Shown here piece by piece: positions 1 to 10,180 of a stretch of 64,000 nt of DNA (position 1 is the first letter of the stretch; every line of letters begins with the position of its first letter). The DNA comes from Torpedo marmorata (Eukaryota). The stretch is taken from contig OZ360245.1 in assembly GCA_977017645.1 (NCBI GenBank), forward strand, positions 38,068,001 through 38,132,000, read 5' to 3'. Made by a program: the position numbers and the translations under genes. The notes beneath the pieces are model-generated. The model had not been told where the DNA came from, made no database searches, and was given only the letters and a program-made list of their open reading frames with translations.

Positions 1-1049
1 GTGCTGTTCAAGAAGCTGCAAACTCTAGGACTCTGTACCCCACTCTGCAACTGGATCCTTGACTTTCTCATCGGAAGACCCCAGTCAGTACGAATTGGAA
101 ACAACGTCTCCTCCTCACTGATTATCAACACAGGCGCACCCCAAGGATGCTTGCTTAGCCCACTGCTCTACTCGTTATACCCCCATGACTGTGGCCAGAG
201 ACAATTCCAATGCCATCTACAAGTTTGCCGATGACACCACAGTTGTTGGCAGAATCACAAACGGCAATGAGGAAGCGTACAGGAGGGAGATAAATCTGCT
301 CGTTGAATGGTGTAATGACAACAACCTTGCGCTCAATGTCAGCAAAACCAAGGAGATGATTGTGGACCAGGAGGAAGTCAGGGGAACACGACGCAGTCCT
401 CATCGAGGGCTCAGTATTGGAGAGGGTCAAGAACTTCAAATTCCTGGGTGTCAACATCTCCGAGGATCTGTCCTGGAGCCTCCACGTTGATGCAATCTCA
501 AAGAAGGCTCACCAGTGGCTATACTTTGTGAGGTGTCTGAGGAGATTCGGTATGTCACCGAAGACTCTCGTAAACTTCTACAGGTGTACCGTGGAGAGCA
601 TTCTGGCTGGTTGCATCTCTGCCTGGTATGGAGACGCCAACTCCCAGGACAAGAATAAACTCCAGAGGGTTGTTAACTCGGCCTGTGACATCACAGGCAC
701 CAGACTTCACTCCATCAAGGACATCTACACGAGGCGGTGTCTTAAAAAAGCAGCCTCTATCCTCAAAGATGCCTAACTCCCAGGCCATGCCCTCTTCACT
801 CTGCTACCATCGGGAAAAAGGTACAGGAGCCTAAAGACGAGCACTCAACGGCACAAGGACAGCTTCTTCCCCACTGCCATCAGATTCCTGAATAATCAAT
901 GAACCAAAGACACTGCCTTACTTTTCGTGCACGATATATTTTTTTATAGTAATGTCGTAAGATGGTTATAATATGAATGTTTGCACTATGATGCTGCTGC
1001 AAAACACCGAATTTCATGACTTGTTCATGACAATAAATTCTGATTCTGA
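1..1049 (+). mobile_element. Rex1/Babar-type non-LTR retrotransposon, 3' part (RT plus C-terminal domain), frameshifted; runs off the window edge
   Basis: Split ORFs 1..234, 185..490 and 360..776 give [27 protein letters not shown] and KKAHQWLYFVRCLRRFG. Ends in AATAAA followed by an (ATTCTG)n tail. Nearly identical to the copy at 48036-48992. Confidence 0.85.
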
Positions 1050-1453
1050 AAATAATTTTGTCACAAGGCCCAAAGCTTAATGTGCAACAAAAGAGGCATT
1101 ACTTGATGAATATCATGATGTGATTGGCAGAAGAAGTTGACGCATGAGGGTTGGACTTCAATCACTGTGCGAGAATCAGGATCTCCAGGTTCATATCGGG
1201 GCATAGTTGCGTGTGGGTGGGTGCTATCCAGTCAGAAATGGTGATGGGGACTTGGGCAGCAAGCAATGTTGCTAACTTTAAAACGCTGCTACCTAAAGCA
1301 TTATCCAGCATTCTGCATGATCTGCAGGTCCCTTTTGAGTATTCAGAAGTAAAACACGAAAATCTGTAGACACCGTGGTTGAAGTAAAAAACACAGATGC
1401 TGGAGAAACTCAGCAGGTCAAACAGTGTCTTTTATGTAGCAAAGGTAGAAATA

Positions 1454-1494
1454 CATAACCGACGTTTCGGGCTTGAGCCCTTCATCAAAGTATG
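1454..1494 (-). ncRNA. Minimal type I hammerhead ribozyme motif (Penelope terminal repeat)
   Basis: Reverse complement reads CAUACU-UUGAUGA-A-GGGC UCAA GCCC-GAAACGUC-GGUUAUG, identical to 6806-6846. Confidence 0.75.
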
Positions 1495-1683
1495 AGAAAA
1501 TGCCGGCAGGCGTCCGAACAAAAGAGTGAGGGGGGGAAGGGGGGGGGTAGCAAAGGCAGGAGATGATAGGTGGAGAAAGGAGGGAGGGGACAGCAGAAAA
1601 GAGGGGGAGGAGGGATGGCTGGGTGGGTGGAGAAAAACAGGAAGGACAGGTGAGGGTGGAGGGGAAGGAAACGACAAGCAGGT

Positions 1684-2954
1684 TTAGTGGAAAGCAGAAA
1701 AGTCAATGTTAATGCCATCTGGCTGGAGAGTGCCCAGACGGAAAATGAGATGTTGTTCCTCCAATTTGCGGGTAGTCTGGGTGGGATAGTACATAAGGCC
1801 ATGGACAGACATGTGAGTGTGGGAGTGTGACCCGGAATTGAAATGGTTGGCTACTGGGAGGTCGCTGTTGTTGCGGACGGAGAGGAGGTGCTCAGCAAAG
1901 CGGTCTCCCAATCTCCGATGTAGAGAAAGCCACAAAGGGAGCACCGGATGCAGTAAATAAGTTCTCTGGATGTACAAGTGAAGTGTAGTTTCACTTGGAA
2001 GGCCTGTTTGGGGCCCTGGACCGTGGGGAGGGGGGAGGTGTGGGCGTAGGTGTTGCACCTCCTGCGTTAACAGGGGAAGGTGCCGGGGGTGCGATGGGTG
2101 GGGAGGGATGAGTGCACGAGGGAATCGCGGAGGGAGCGGTCCCTATGGAAGTCCGAGAGGGGAGGAGGAAAAATGTGTCTGGTGGTGGGATCCTGTAGTA
2201 AGTGCCGGAAATTCCGGCGGATAATGTGTTGGATGCGGAGGCTGGTGGGGTGGTAGGTGAGGATGAGGGGGATTCTATGTTTGTTGTGTCTGGGCGCAGA
2301 GGGGGCCAGGGCAGATGAGCGGGAAATGGAGGAGATGCGGGTGAGGGCTGAGTTGATGGTGGTGGAGGGGAAGCCACGTTTGTGGAAAAAGGCAGACGTT
2401 TCAGAAGATCTGGACTGGAACACCTCATCTTGGGAACAGATGCGGCGGAGATGGAGAAATTGAGAGAAGGGGATGGAATCCTTGCAAGGGACTGGGTGTG
2501 AGGAAGTGTAGTCCAGATAGTTGTGGGAGTTGGAGGGTTTGTAGTAAATGTCGATGGAAAGCTTGTCTCCTGAGATGGAGAGAGAGAGATCCAAGAAGGG
2601 GAGAGTGTTATCGGGGATGGACCAGGTGAGTTTGAGATCGTGGTGGAAGTTGGATGTGAAGTGGATGAAGTTGACAAGCTCATCGCGGGTGCATGAGGCA
2701 GCCCCGATGTAGTAATCGATATAATGGAGGAAGAGATGAGGGGTCTTGCCTGTGTAGGCTTGCAGCATGGATTGCTCCACAAAGCCCACAAACAGGCAGG
2801 CGTAGCTGGGACCCATGCGGGTACCCATGGCTACTCCTTTGATTTGGAAGAAGTGGGATGAGTTGAAGGAGAAGTTATTGAGAGTGAGGACAAGTTCTGC
2901 CAGGCGGAGGAGGGTGGTGGTAGAGGGTGACTGGTCGGGTCTTTGGTCCAGGAA
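1684..2954 (-). pseudogene. Inverted, disrupted copy of the Penelope RT/GIY-YIG C-terminal region
   Basis: ORFs 2067..3023 and 1684..2058 match the + copy, but YIDD is changed to YIDY, there is a stop at 2067, and a ~13-bp deletion falls in the YIGETGR motif. Confidence 0.9.
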
Positions 2955-3061
2955 ACGTCGGTTATGTATTTCTACCTTTGCTACATAAAAGACACTGTTT
3001 GACCTGCTGAGTTTCTCCAGCATCTGAATACTACAACAACTCTGTGAAAACTCTTTGAGGG

Positions 3062-4856
3062 ATGCCTACCCTGAAGAAGTTCGCCTTTTCTCTCCGAAGG
3101 GAGTTCTGTGGGATTCTTTGTCACTGCTCCCTATCTGCAACCCCTGCTGCTCTCAAGCTCTACGACCATGTACTCACCCTGACTCGATTCCACAGCCACG
3201 TTGCCTTCCTTGCTACTTGCCTCCACTGCCATCTTGTGCCTCGTGGTTTCCAGCTTCGATTCCAGGCCTCCCAGTTTGGCCCTCGCAAGGATCTCAGGTA
3301 CCTCCACAGCATCGACTGCTGCTCTCTCCGCTTCTCCCAACGACTCCTCCGCACCACCTTCACCTCGATGCGGAGATACCAGCGGCAACTCGCCCTCTCC
3401 CTGCCACAGCTCCGGACCTCGCTGGCCATTGCCCCTCCAATACTACATCCGCCGCCGGATCCATGCGTTCAACCGCCGGCACTACACTCACCTGGCGTCC
3501 ATCAAGAAACGTAACCTTGCCTCCCTCTAGACTGCAGCCTCTGCGACCCTCAATGTGGATCCCTATCTCGGCCCCGACCGCCTGCCCTCTGGAGCTCCCA
3601 AGGCCGCGGCCGCCGACCGGATCCCTGGTCCCGGCCGCCGACTTTTTCCGGAGCTCCCAACGCCACGGCTGCCGACCCGAGCCTGGACCCCGGCTGCCGT
3701 CTCACCGGAGCTTCCAACGCCGCGGCCGCCGATCTGATCCCTGGTGTCGGCCGCTGACTTACCGGAGCTCCCAACGCCACGGCCGTCGACCCGACCCTGG
3801 ACCCCGTCCGCCAACTCACGAGAGCTCCCAATGCCACGGCCGCCGACCCGACCCTGGACAGCGGCCGCCGTCTCACCGGAGCTCCCAACGCCACAGCCGC
3901 CCACTCCTACCCGCGCCCCGGGCTCCGACACGAAGGTAATCCCGACGCTACGGCCGCCCACCCCAGCCCGGACCCCGAGCCTCTACTCACCAGATTTCCC
4001 GATGCCTCCACTGCCGACTCCCGACACAGACTGTTACCTGCTGGAGCCTCCCACGCTGACTGCCACTGGAGTCCTCATCTCGCTACTGGATCCCACTTAC
4101 CTATCCCCCTCACTACTCCTTCCCTATCCTCCTACACCTCTCCCTACTCCACCCCCATCTCCCCCTCTCTGACCCCCTCTCCTCCCCAACCCTTAGACCT
4201 CATCCCTTCCCTTCCCTCCATCCCCCCCTCTCTCTGGCTACCCTCCCTACCCCCCTCTCCCACCCTCCTACCTCCCCCACCTCCCCCAACCCCCAACTCC
4301 CCCCTCCGACCCCCCGACCCCCACTAACACCCCTCCTCCTCCCTCCAACCTCTCCCACCCTCCACCTCCCTCCTCTGACCTCCCCAACACTCCCCCTCCC
4401 CCCAACACCCTCCACAACACCGATGCCCACTCTAACCCCTGCTTGGTTTTTAATATCCCCTCCGACCTTCCCCTCTCTGAGACGGAGTGCTCGGTCCTCA
4501 GTAGAGGCCTCACCTTCGTCCCCCTCTGCTAACACCTCAACGAGTTCCGCGCACGCCATGATGCCGAACTCTTCTTCCGTCGCCTCTGGGCTCACTTCCA
4601 TGACCGTGACTCTCCACCCCCTACCCAAGAACCTTTCTCCCGCTTCAAGCCTTTTCCTTCTTCCTGGACACCTCGCCTTGGCCAGCTGCCCGCTCTGGAC
4701 CTTTTTATTTCCAATTGCCGCCGAGACATCAACCGTTTCAACTTCACCACCCAGCTCTCGTATTCCAACCTCACCTTATCAGAACGCTCTGCCCTCCACT
4801 CTCTCCGCAACAATCCCAACCTCACCATCAAACCCGCAGAAAAGGGCGGTGCGGTT
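3062..4856 (+). pseudogene. Degenerate N-terminal part of the Penelope ORF: HxxFLxxC..LVPRG motif, repeat and Pro-rich spacer, then the LSETECSVLSRGLTFVP pre-RT motif
   Basis: ORF 3062..3514 starts MPTLKKF and contains HSHVAFLATCLHCHLVPRGF. The PLE-typical LSxxExxVLSxGLxFxP motif is readable near 4470-4525. Frameshifts and stops intervene. Confidence 0.7.
3589..3900 (+). repeat. 57-bp GC-rich tandem repeat, about 5.5 units, inside the Penelope ORF
   Basis: Units like ccggagctcccaacgccacggccgccgacccgaccctggacc... start at 3589, 3648, 3705, 3762, 3819 and 3876. Confidence 0.92.
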
Positions 4857-6617
4857 GTGGTCTTTCGCACTGACCTCTACCTTGCCGAGGCCAGTCGACA
4901 GTTCTCAGACACCTCCTCCTTCCGACCACTCCCACAGGACCCCACCACTGCACATCAAGCCACTGTCTCCAACACCATCTCCGACCTCATCACCTGCGGT
5001 CACCTCCCCTCCACAGCCACCAACCTCATTCTCCCCCACCCCCGCACTGCCCGTTTCTACCTTCTACCCAAGATACACAAACCCAACCATCCGGTCAGAC
5101 CCATTGTTTCTGCCTGCTCCTGCCCCACCGAACTAGTTTCATCTTACCTTGACTCCATCTTTTCTCCTCTGGTCCAATCCCTCCCCACCAACATCCGCGA
5201 CACCTCACATGCCATCCATCTCCTCAATGACATCAGATTCCCTGAACCGGACCGCATCATCTTCACCATGGATGTCCAATCCCTTTATACCTCTATCCCC
5301 CACACAGAAGGTCTGAAAGCACTTCGCTTCTTCCTGGACCAAAGACCCGACCAGTCACCCTCTACCACCACCCTCCTCCGCCTGGCAGAACTTGTCCTCA
5401 CTCTCAATAACTTCTCCTTCAACTCCTCCCACTTCCTCCAAATCAAAGGAGTAGCCATGGGTCCCCGCAAGGGTCCCAGCTACGCCTGCCTGTTTGTGGG
5501 CTTTGTGGAGCAATCCATGCTGCAAGCCTACACAGGCAAGACCCCTCATCTCTTCCTCCGTTATATCGACGACTACATCGGGGCTGCCTCATGCACCCGC
5601 GATGAGCTTGTCAACTTCATCCACTTCGCATCCAACCTCCACCACGATCTCAAACTCACCTGGTCCATCCCCGATAACACTCTCCCCTTCCTGGATCTCT
5701 CTCTCTCCATCTCAGGAGACAAGCTTTCCACCGACATTTACTACAAACCCTCCAACTCCCACAACTATCTGGACTACACTTCCTCACACCCTGTCCCCTG
5801 CAAGGATTCCATCCCCTTCTCTCAATTTCTCCGTCTCTGCCGCATTTGTTCCCAAGATGAGGTGTTCCAGTCCAGATCTTCTGAAATGTCTGCCTTTTTC
5901 CACAAACGTGGCTTCCCCTCCACCACCATCAACTCAGCCCTCGCCCGCATCTCCTCCATTTCCCGCTCATCTACCCTGGCCCCCTCTGCCCCCAGACACA
6001 ACAAACATAGAATCCCCCTCATCCTCACCTACCACCCCACCAGCCTCCGCATCCAACACATTATCCGCCGGAATTTCCGGCACTTACTACAGGATCCCAC
6101 CACCAGACACATTTTTCCTTCTCCTCCCCTCTCGGCCTTCCATAGGGACCGCTCCCTCCGCGATTCCCTCGTGCACTCATCCCTCCCCACCCATCGCACC
6201 CCCAGCACCTTCCCCTGTGAACGCAGGAGGTGCAACACCTGTGACCACACCTCCCCCCTCACCACGGTCCAGTGCCCCAAACAGGCCTTCCAAGTGAAAC
6301 TACACTTCACTTGTACATCCAGAGAACTTATTTACTGCATCTGGTGCTCCCTTTGTGGCTTTCTCTACATCGGAGAGACCGGTCGTAGATTGGGAGACCG
6401 CTTTGCTGAGCACCTCCTCTCCGTCCGCAACAACAGCGACCTCCCAGTAGCCAACCATTTAAATTCCAGGTCACACTCCCACACTCACATGTCTGTCCAT
6501 GGCCTTCTGTACTATCCCACCCAGATTACCCGCAAATTGGAGGAACAACATCTCATTTTCCGTCTGGGCACTCTCCAGCCAGATGGCATTAACATTGACT
6601 TTTCTGCTTTCCACTAA
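4857..6617 (+). CDS. Penelope-like reverse transcriptase plus GIY-YIG endonuclease (open C-terminal 586 aa of a disrupted ORF)
   Basis: Motifs FYLLPKIHK, RPIVS, MDVQSLYTSIP, GVAMG and YIDD; Cys-rich linker CERRRCNTC; LIYCIWCSLCGFLYIGETGRRLGDRFAEH; ends LQPDGIN. The Cys linker points to the Neptune clade. Confidence 0.93.
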   Translation: MVFRTDLYLAEASRQFSDTSSFRPLPQDPTTAHQATVSNTISDLITCGHLPSTATNLILPHPRTARFYLLPKIHKPNHPVRPIVSACSCPTELVSSYLDSIFSPLVQSLPTNIRDTSHAIHLLNDIRFPEPDRIIFTMDVQSLYTSIPHTEGLKALRFFLDQRPDQSPSTTTLLRLAELVLTLNNFSFNSSHFLQIKGVAMGPRKGPSYACLFVGFVEQSMLQAYTGKTPHLFLRYIDDYIGAASCTRDELVNFIHFASNLHHDLKLTWSIPDNTLPFLDLSLSISGDKLSTDIYYKPSNSHNYLDYTSSHPVPCKDSIPFSQFLRLCRICSQDEVFQSRSSEMSAFFHKRGFPSTTINSALARISSISRSSTLAPSAPRHNKHRIPLILTYHPTSLRIQHIIRRNFRHLLQDPTTRHIFPSPPLSAFHRDRSLRDSLVHSSLPTHRTPSTFPCERRRCNTCDHTSPLTTVQCPKQAFQVKLHFTCTSRELIYCIWCSLCGFLYIGETGRRLGDRFAEHLLSVRNNSDLPVANHLNSRSHSHTHMSVHGLLYYPTQITRKLEEQHLIFRLGTLQPDGINIDFSAFH

Positions 6618-6805
6618 ACCTGCTTGTCGTTTCCTTCCCTCCCCCTTCACCTGTCCTTCCTGTTTTTCTCCACCCACCCAGCCATCCCTCCTCCCCCTCT
6701 TTGCTGCTGTCCCCTCCCTCCTTTCTCCACCTATCATCTCCTGCCTTTGCCACCCCCCACCTTCCCCCTCTCACTCTTTTGTTCGGACGCCTGCCGGCAT
6801 TTTCT

Positions 6806-6846
6806 CATACTTTGATGAAGGGCTCAAGCCCGAAACGTCGGTTATG
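6806..6846 (+). ncRNA. Minimal type I hammerhead ribozyme motif; predicted cleavage after C6839
   Basis: catac-tttgatga-a-gggc-tcaa-gccc-gaaacgtc-ggttatg: (C/U)UGAUGA and GAAA cores, a 4-bp stem II, palindromic ACGU in place of stem III, and stem I cauacu/gguuaug. Confidence 0.78.
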
Positions 6847-7885
6847 TATTTCTACCTTTGCTACATAAAAGACACTGTTTGACCTGCTGAGTGTCTGCAG
6901 CATCTGTGTTTTATACCCCTTTGAGTATTGCTGAAGTACATTTTGCCGTGAAGACGAGTTCATGCATGAGTGACCAATACCATCAGAGAGCAACATGTGT
7001 GGGGAGGGAATTTCCTGGAGGTCATGTCCAGTGGGTGCATTGCATTAAATTGGATGCCACTGCATTTGTCCAGGCATCTTTGTGCATTTTAGCACATCAC
7101 GTACACGGAGGTATCAAAAGCAAAATCACAAACTTCGTGGTAAATACCCGATCATATTCAGCAACACGTTTTTTCTGATGAAATACTGTTGCACTGCTTC
7201 TCATGATAGAATTTCGAGCCCCCATTCACACCTTCCCCTGTGCTGTCCTAACTTATTTCAGACAATTAGCAGTGGAGATATTACAATTGATTTAACAATC
7301 CCCAGGCTAGTCGAGGCCAATAATACAGCCAGAATTTCTTCTCCTGATCAATATCCAATGTCTTTGAAATTGTTGGATTGGATATTATGAAAGGGCAACA
7401 GGCTAAGCAGTGTTGCTCCTTCAACCATTGAATAATCTTATTGATGCATCTTTTGAGGTTCATACTGTGTAAAACTACAAGTAATTACTTGGATCAGGAA
7501 CTGAATAGATGCAAGCGTCATTGAGACTACAACTGAATGATAGTCACTGAATTCAACATTTGCTGGCAAGAGTATAATGGGCCAAACGGTTTGGCTTTTC
7601 ATGAATTTTCATGATTTTGATTTCTATGAATGGTGGGGGGACTGTGGGAAGTTGAAACATCATTGGGTACCCTGCATAAATACAGCAGTATTCGAAATAC
7701 CTTTTTCATTGCAATCATGGCTGATTACTCGAGTGTCTTCCAGGAGGCATGAATTTCCTGGCCACTGATGTTGGCAACCAGGAAAAACTTACTGCTTTAA
7801 ATTTCCCACCATACTAATGAATGAAAGGTAGGATTTTCACGATGGGTAAACTATGGAAGATAATTCTCAGTGATAACTGAGTGAT

Positions 7886-8203
7886 ACCATAAGTGCTCTG
7901 TGATTATTAAGGGATTGCTTAAGGTGGTATGTGGGTGGAAAGAAAAAGGTTTGAAAACCACTGTTTTAATCGTACCTAATTGACTCGTTATGTGCACATT
8001 TTCATAACTCCAAAGGAAATGGGCCAATGACAATTTTTCTCAGCAAAATATTTCAGTAACAATTGGGTCTGGAGCAGTGGTTCTCAACCTTCCCTTCCCA
8101 CTCACATACCACCTTAAGCAATCCCTTACCAATCAGAGCATTTATGGCATAGGGATTGCTTAAGGTGGAATGTGAGTTTAGGGGGGGAATTTGAAAACCA
8201 CTG
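7886..8203. mobile_element. Composite hAT/Charlie-like MITE: complete palindromic unit 8075-8203 plus half unit 7886-7963
   Basis: Termini cagtggttctcaa...ttgaaaaccactg; internal arms ccaccttaagcaatccct / agggattgcttaaggtgg. Confidence 0.7.
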
Positions 8204-8919
8204 AGATAGGCTGAGGAGGCTCTGTTGTAAGGAGAGGAAATCTCAGAACCATCAGATCATGGGGCATTTTGATAAGTGTATACAGGATCATGTTTCAAAG
8301 TAAATGGTGTAAAATGGTCAAAAAGGAGCAGTGCAAAATTAAATATGTGGGAGATTTAAGGAGAGATTGCCATCACCGGCAGAAGTGAACTGGTGCCCAG
8401 GGAGTGAAGTGGAAAGGTTGGTGCTGAATTCAGGATTCTTATCCATCCTGTAATACAGAGAAAATCATCTTAAATATTTCCTCTTCCTATTCCTACAATA
8501 TCCTTGGGAGTCCACTTTCTTTTCATCTGCACATGGTATCTTGGCAGCAGTATCCTGAGAACACAGGTTATTACCAGTTTACCTTTGTTTTCTCTGATCT
8601 GTCACAATGTTTGTCCACAGAAGTTGCCCCTATCTAAGTAATTGGGGAAGTTGGCAACCCAGAAGCAATATCGTCCCTTAGATGAGCTACTAACAATGTG
8701 TTCATCCCATTGCTAAAATTGCTCATTTCAACCTTGGTCGGGTTACCTGCTTCCACTCTCTTCCATCCCATTGTTACTTGTACTCTTCTTCAAAGACTGT
8801 CCTGGATTCTCTCCCATTGTGCATTCTCTTTAAACTTGAGCTCATCTAAAACTAAATGCTAGTTGCCAGTTTCCGAGTTTTCCTCTCCTACATACTAACC
8901 AACAATAGCACCTAGCATG

Positions 8920-9230
8920 CTAAGGTTTTAAATAATGTTTATTTTTACTGACAAATCCCTTCCATTACTCCACTGACCCTAACTCAGTAACCTCTTCCTT
9001 CCAACTCTTTGTATTCTCTGCAATTTTCCAATTCTGATCTCTTCATTGTTTCTAAAAGAAATCACACTCCTATGCTTCCAATTCATAACTCTTTTCCCAA
9101 ATTTCCATGCCTCTCCATTTTGACCCACTCCTTAAACCTTCCCTAATATCTCCATTTGTAATCCAGCATCAGATCTTATCAGAGAACACTTCTGTAAACC
9201 TTGGCAGATTTTAGTACTTTTCAGGTGCCA
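8920..9230 (+). mobile_element. Highly diverged L2 LINE 3' remnant
   Basis: Resembles by eye the end of an L2 ORF2 (tttaaaat...aaatccct) and its 3' UTR. Confidence 0.35.
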
Positions 9231-9454
9231 TGTAGGTCATTGTTCATCTTATCCCCTTTCTCAATAGAATTGTGACTAATTTATTGAATCAGCATCAAGA
9301 GACTTGGCCTGATCCAGAGATCAAATGCACTAAAATCACAAAGGTTTTTATTAATTTAAGATAGTCAACCTATTTGGAATAAATTGCTGCCATCAGCATA
9401 AATAACCATAAAGCCACTGGATTGTAGTCAAACCCATGAGGGTCACCGATGTCC

Positions 9455-10180
9455 ATCCGTAGTACAGTTTGTAGAGCTGCCACATCACAGTGCCACAAAC
9501 TAGGGTTCAATCCTGACTTCAGATGCTGCCTGTGTGCAGTTTGAACATTCTCCTTGTAAAAGTGTGTGTTTTCAAGTCAAGTTTCTTGTCATCTGATTGT
9601 ACAAGTACAACCCAAAGAAACAGCGTTCTCCGGTCCTCGGTGCAAAAACATGCAGACATACAACCAGACATAATACATATACAGACAAATAATACATATG
9701 CAGGACAAGTATTATATCTATAAAAATAAATAAAAAAAATTGTTTTGTACAAATGAGAGTCTCGGATGGTTAGTGTGAGCAGTTCCTTTGGTCGTTCAGC
9801 ATTCTCACTGCCCGTGGGAAGAAGCTGTTCCTCAGCCTGGTGGTGTTGGCTCTGATAATCCTGTATCTCTTCCCCGACGGGAGTAGCTGAAAGATGCTGT
9901 GTGCGGGGTGGAAGGGGTCCTCAATGATTTTGCGCGCCCTCTTCAGACAACCAGGTGTTTCCGTTTCCTCCCACGTCTCAAAGACATGTGGGTTGGTAAG
10001 TTGATTGGCCACATTTAATTGTCCCTGATGTGTTGGTGCGCAGTAGAATCCAGGGGGGAGGTGAAGATATTGGTAGAATTTAAAAAATGGGATTAATGTG
10101 GGGTTAATGTAAATGAGTGGTTGATTTTTTTTTTGTACAGACACAATGGGCTGAATGGCCTGCTATACAATCTCCATGAC
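9455..10180 (+). mobile_element. tRNA-derived V-SINE/HE1-like SINE interrupted by a LINE fragment
   Basis: B-box-like ggttcaatcc, V-domain gtttgaacattctcc...gtttcctcccac, and CR1-type tail gggctgaatggcctg. Confidence 0.65.
9571..9950 (-). mobile_element. Rex1/Babar-type LINE 3' fragment, (CTTGA)n-tailed subfamily, nested in a SINE
   Basis: Translates to CLKRARKIIEDPFHPAHSIFQLLPSGKRYR...RNSFFPRAVRMLN; tail tcaagtcaag on the + strand. Confidence 0.8.

Larger units (their letters stand above)
1352..6915. mobile_element. Composite Penelope-like element (Neptune-type): inverted 5'-truncated copy (1352-2954, -) fused to a near-full-length copy (2952-6915, +)
   Basis: RT and GIY-YIG ORFs on both strands, and the same terminal sequence at both outer ends. 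Imperfect flanking direct repeat cccttttgagtattcagaagta (1330-1351) / cccctttgagtattgctgaagta (6916-6938). Confidence 0.92.

Noticed and set aside
3589-3900. Regularly spaced repeats resembling a CRISPR array
   Set aside because: Units are contiguous tandem copies with no unique spacers, inside a eukaryotic retroelement ORF; no cas genes.
1991-6297. Long Ser/Pro/Thr-rich ORFs (1991..2791, 3055..3939, 4423..5136, 5494..6297)
   Set aside because: Alternative frames of a C-rich, strand-biased Penelope sequence; no independent protein signal.
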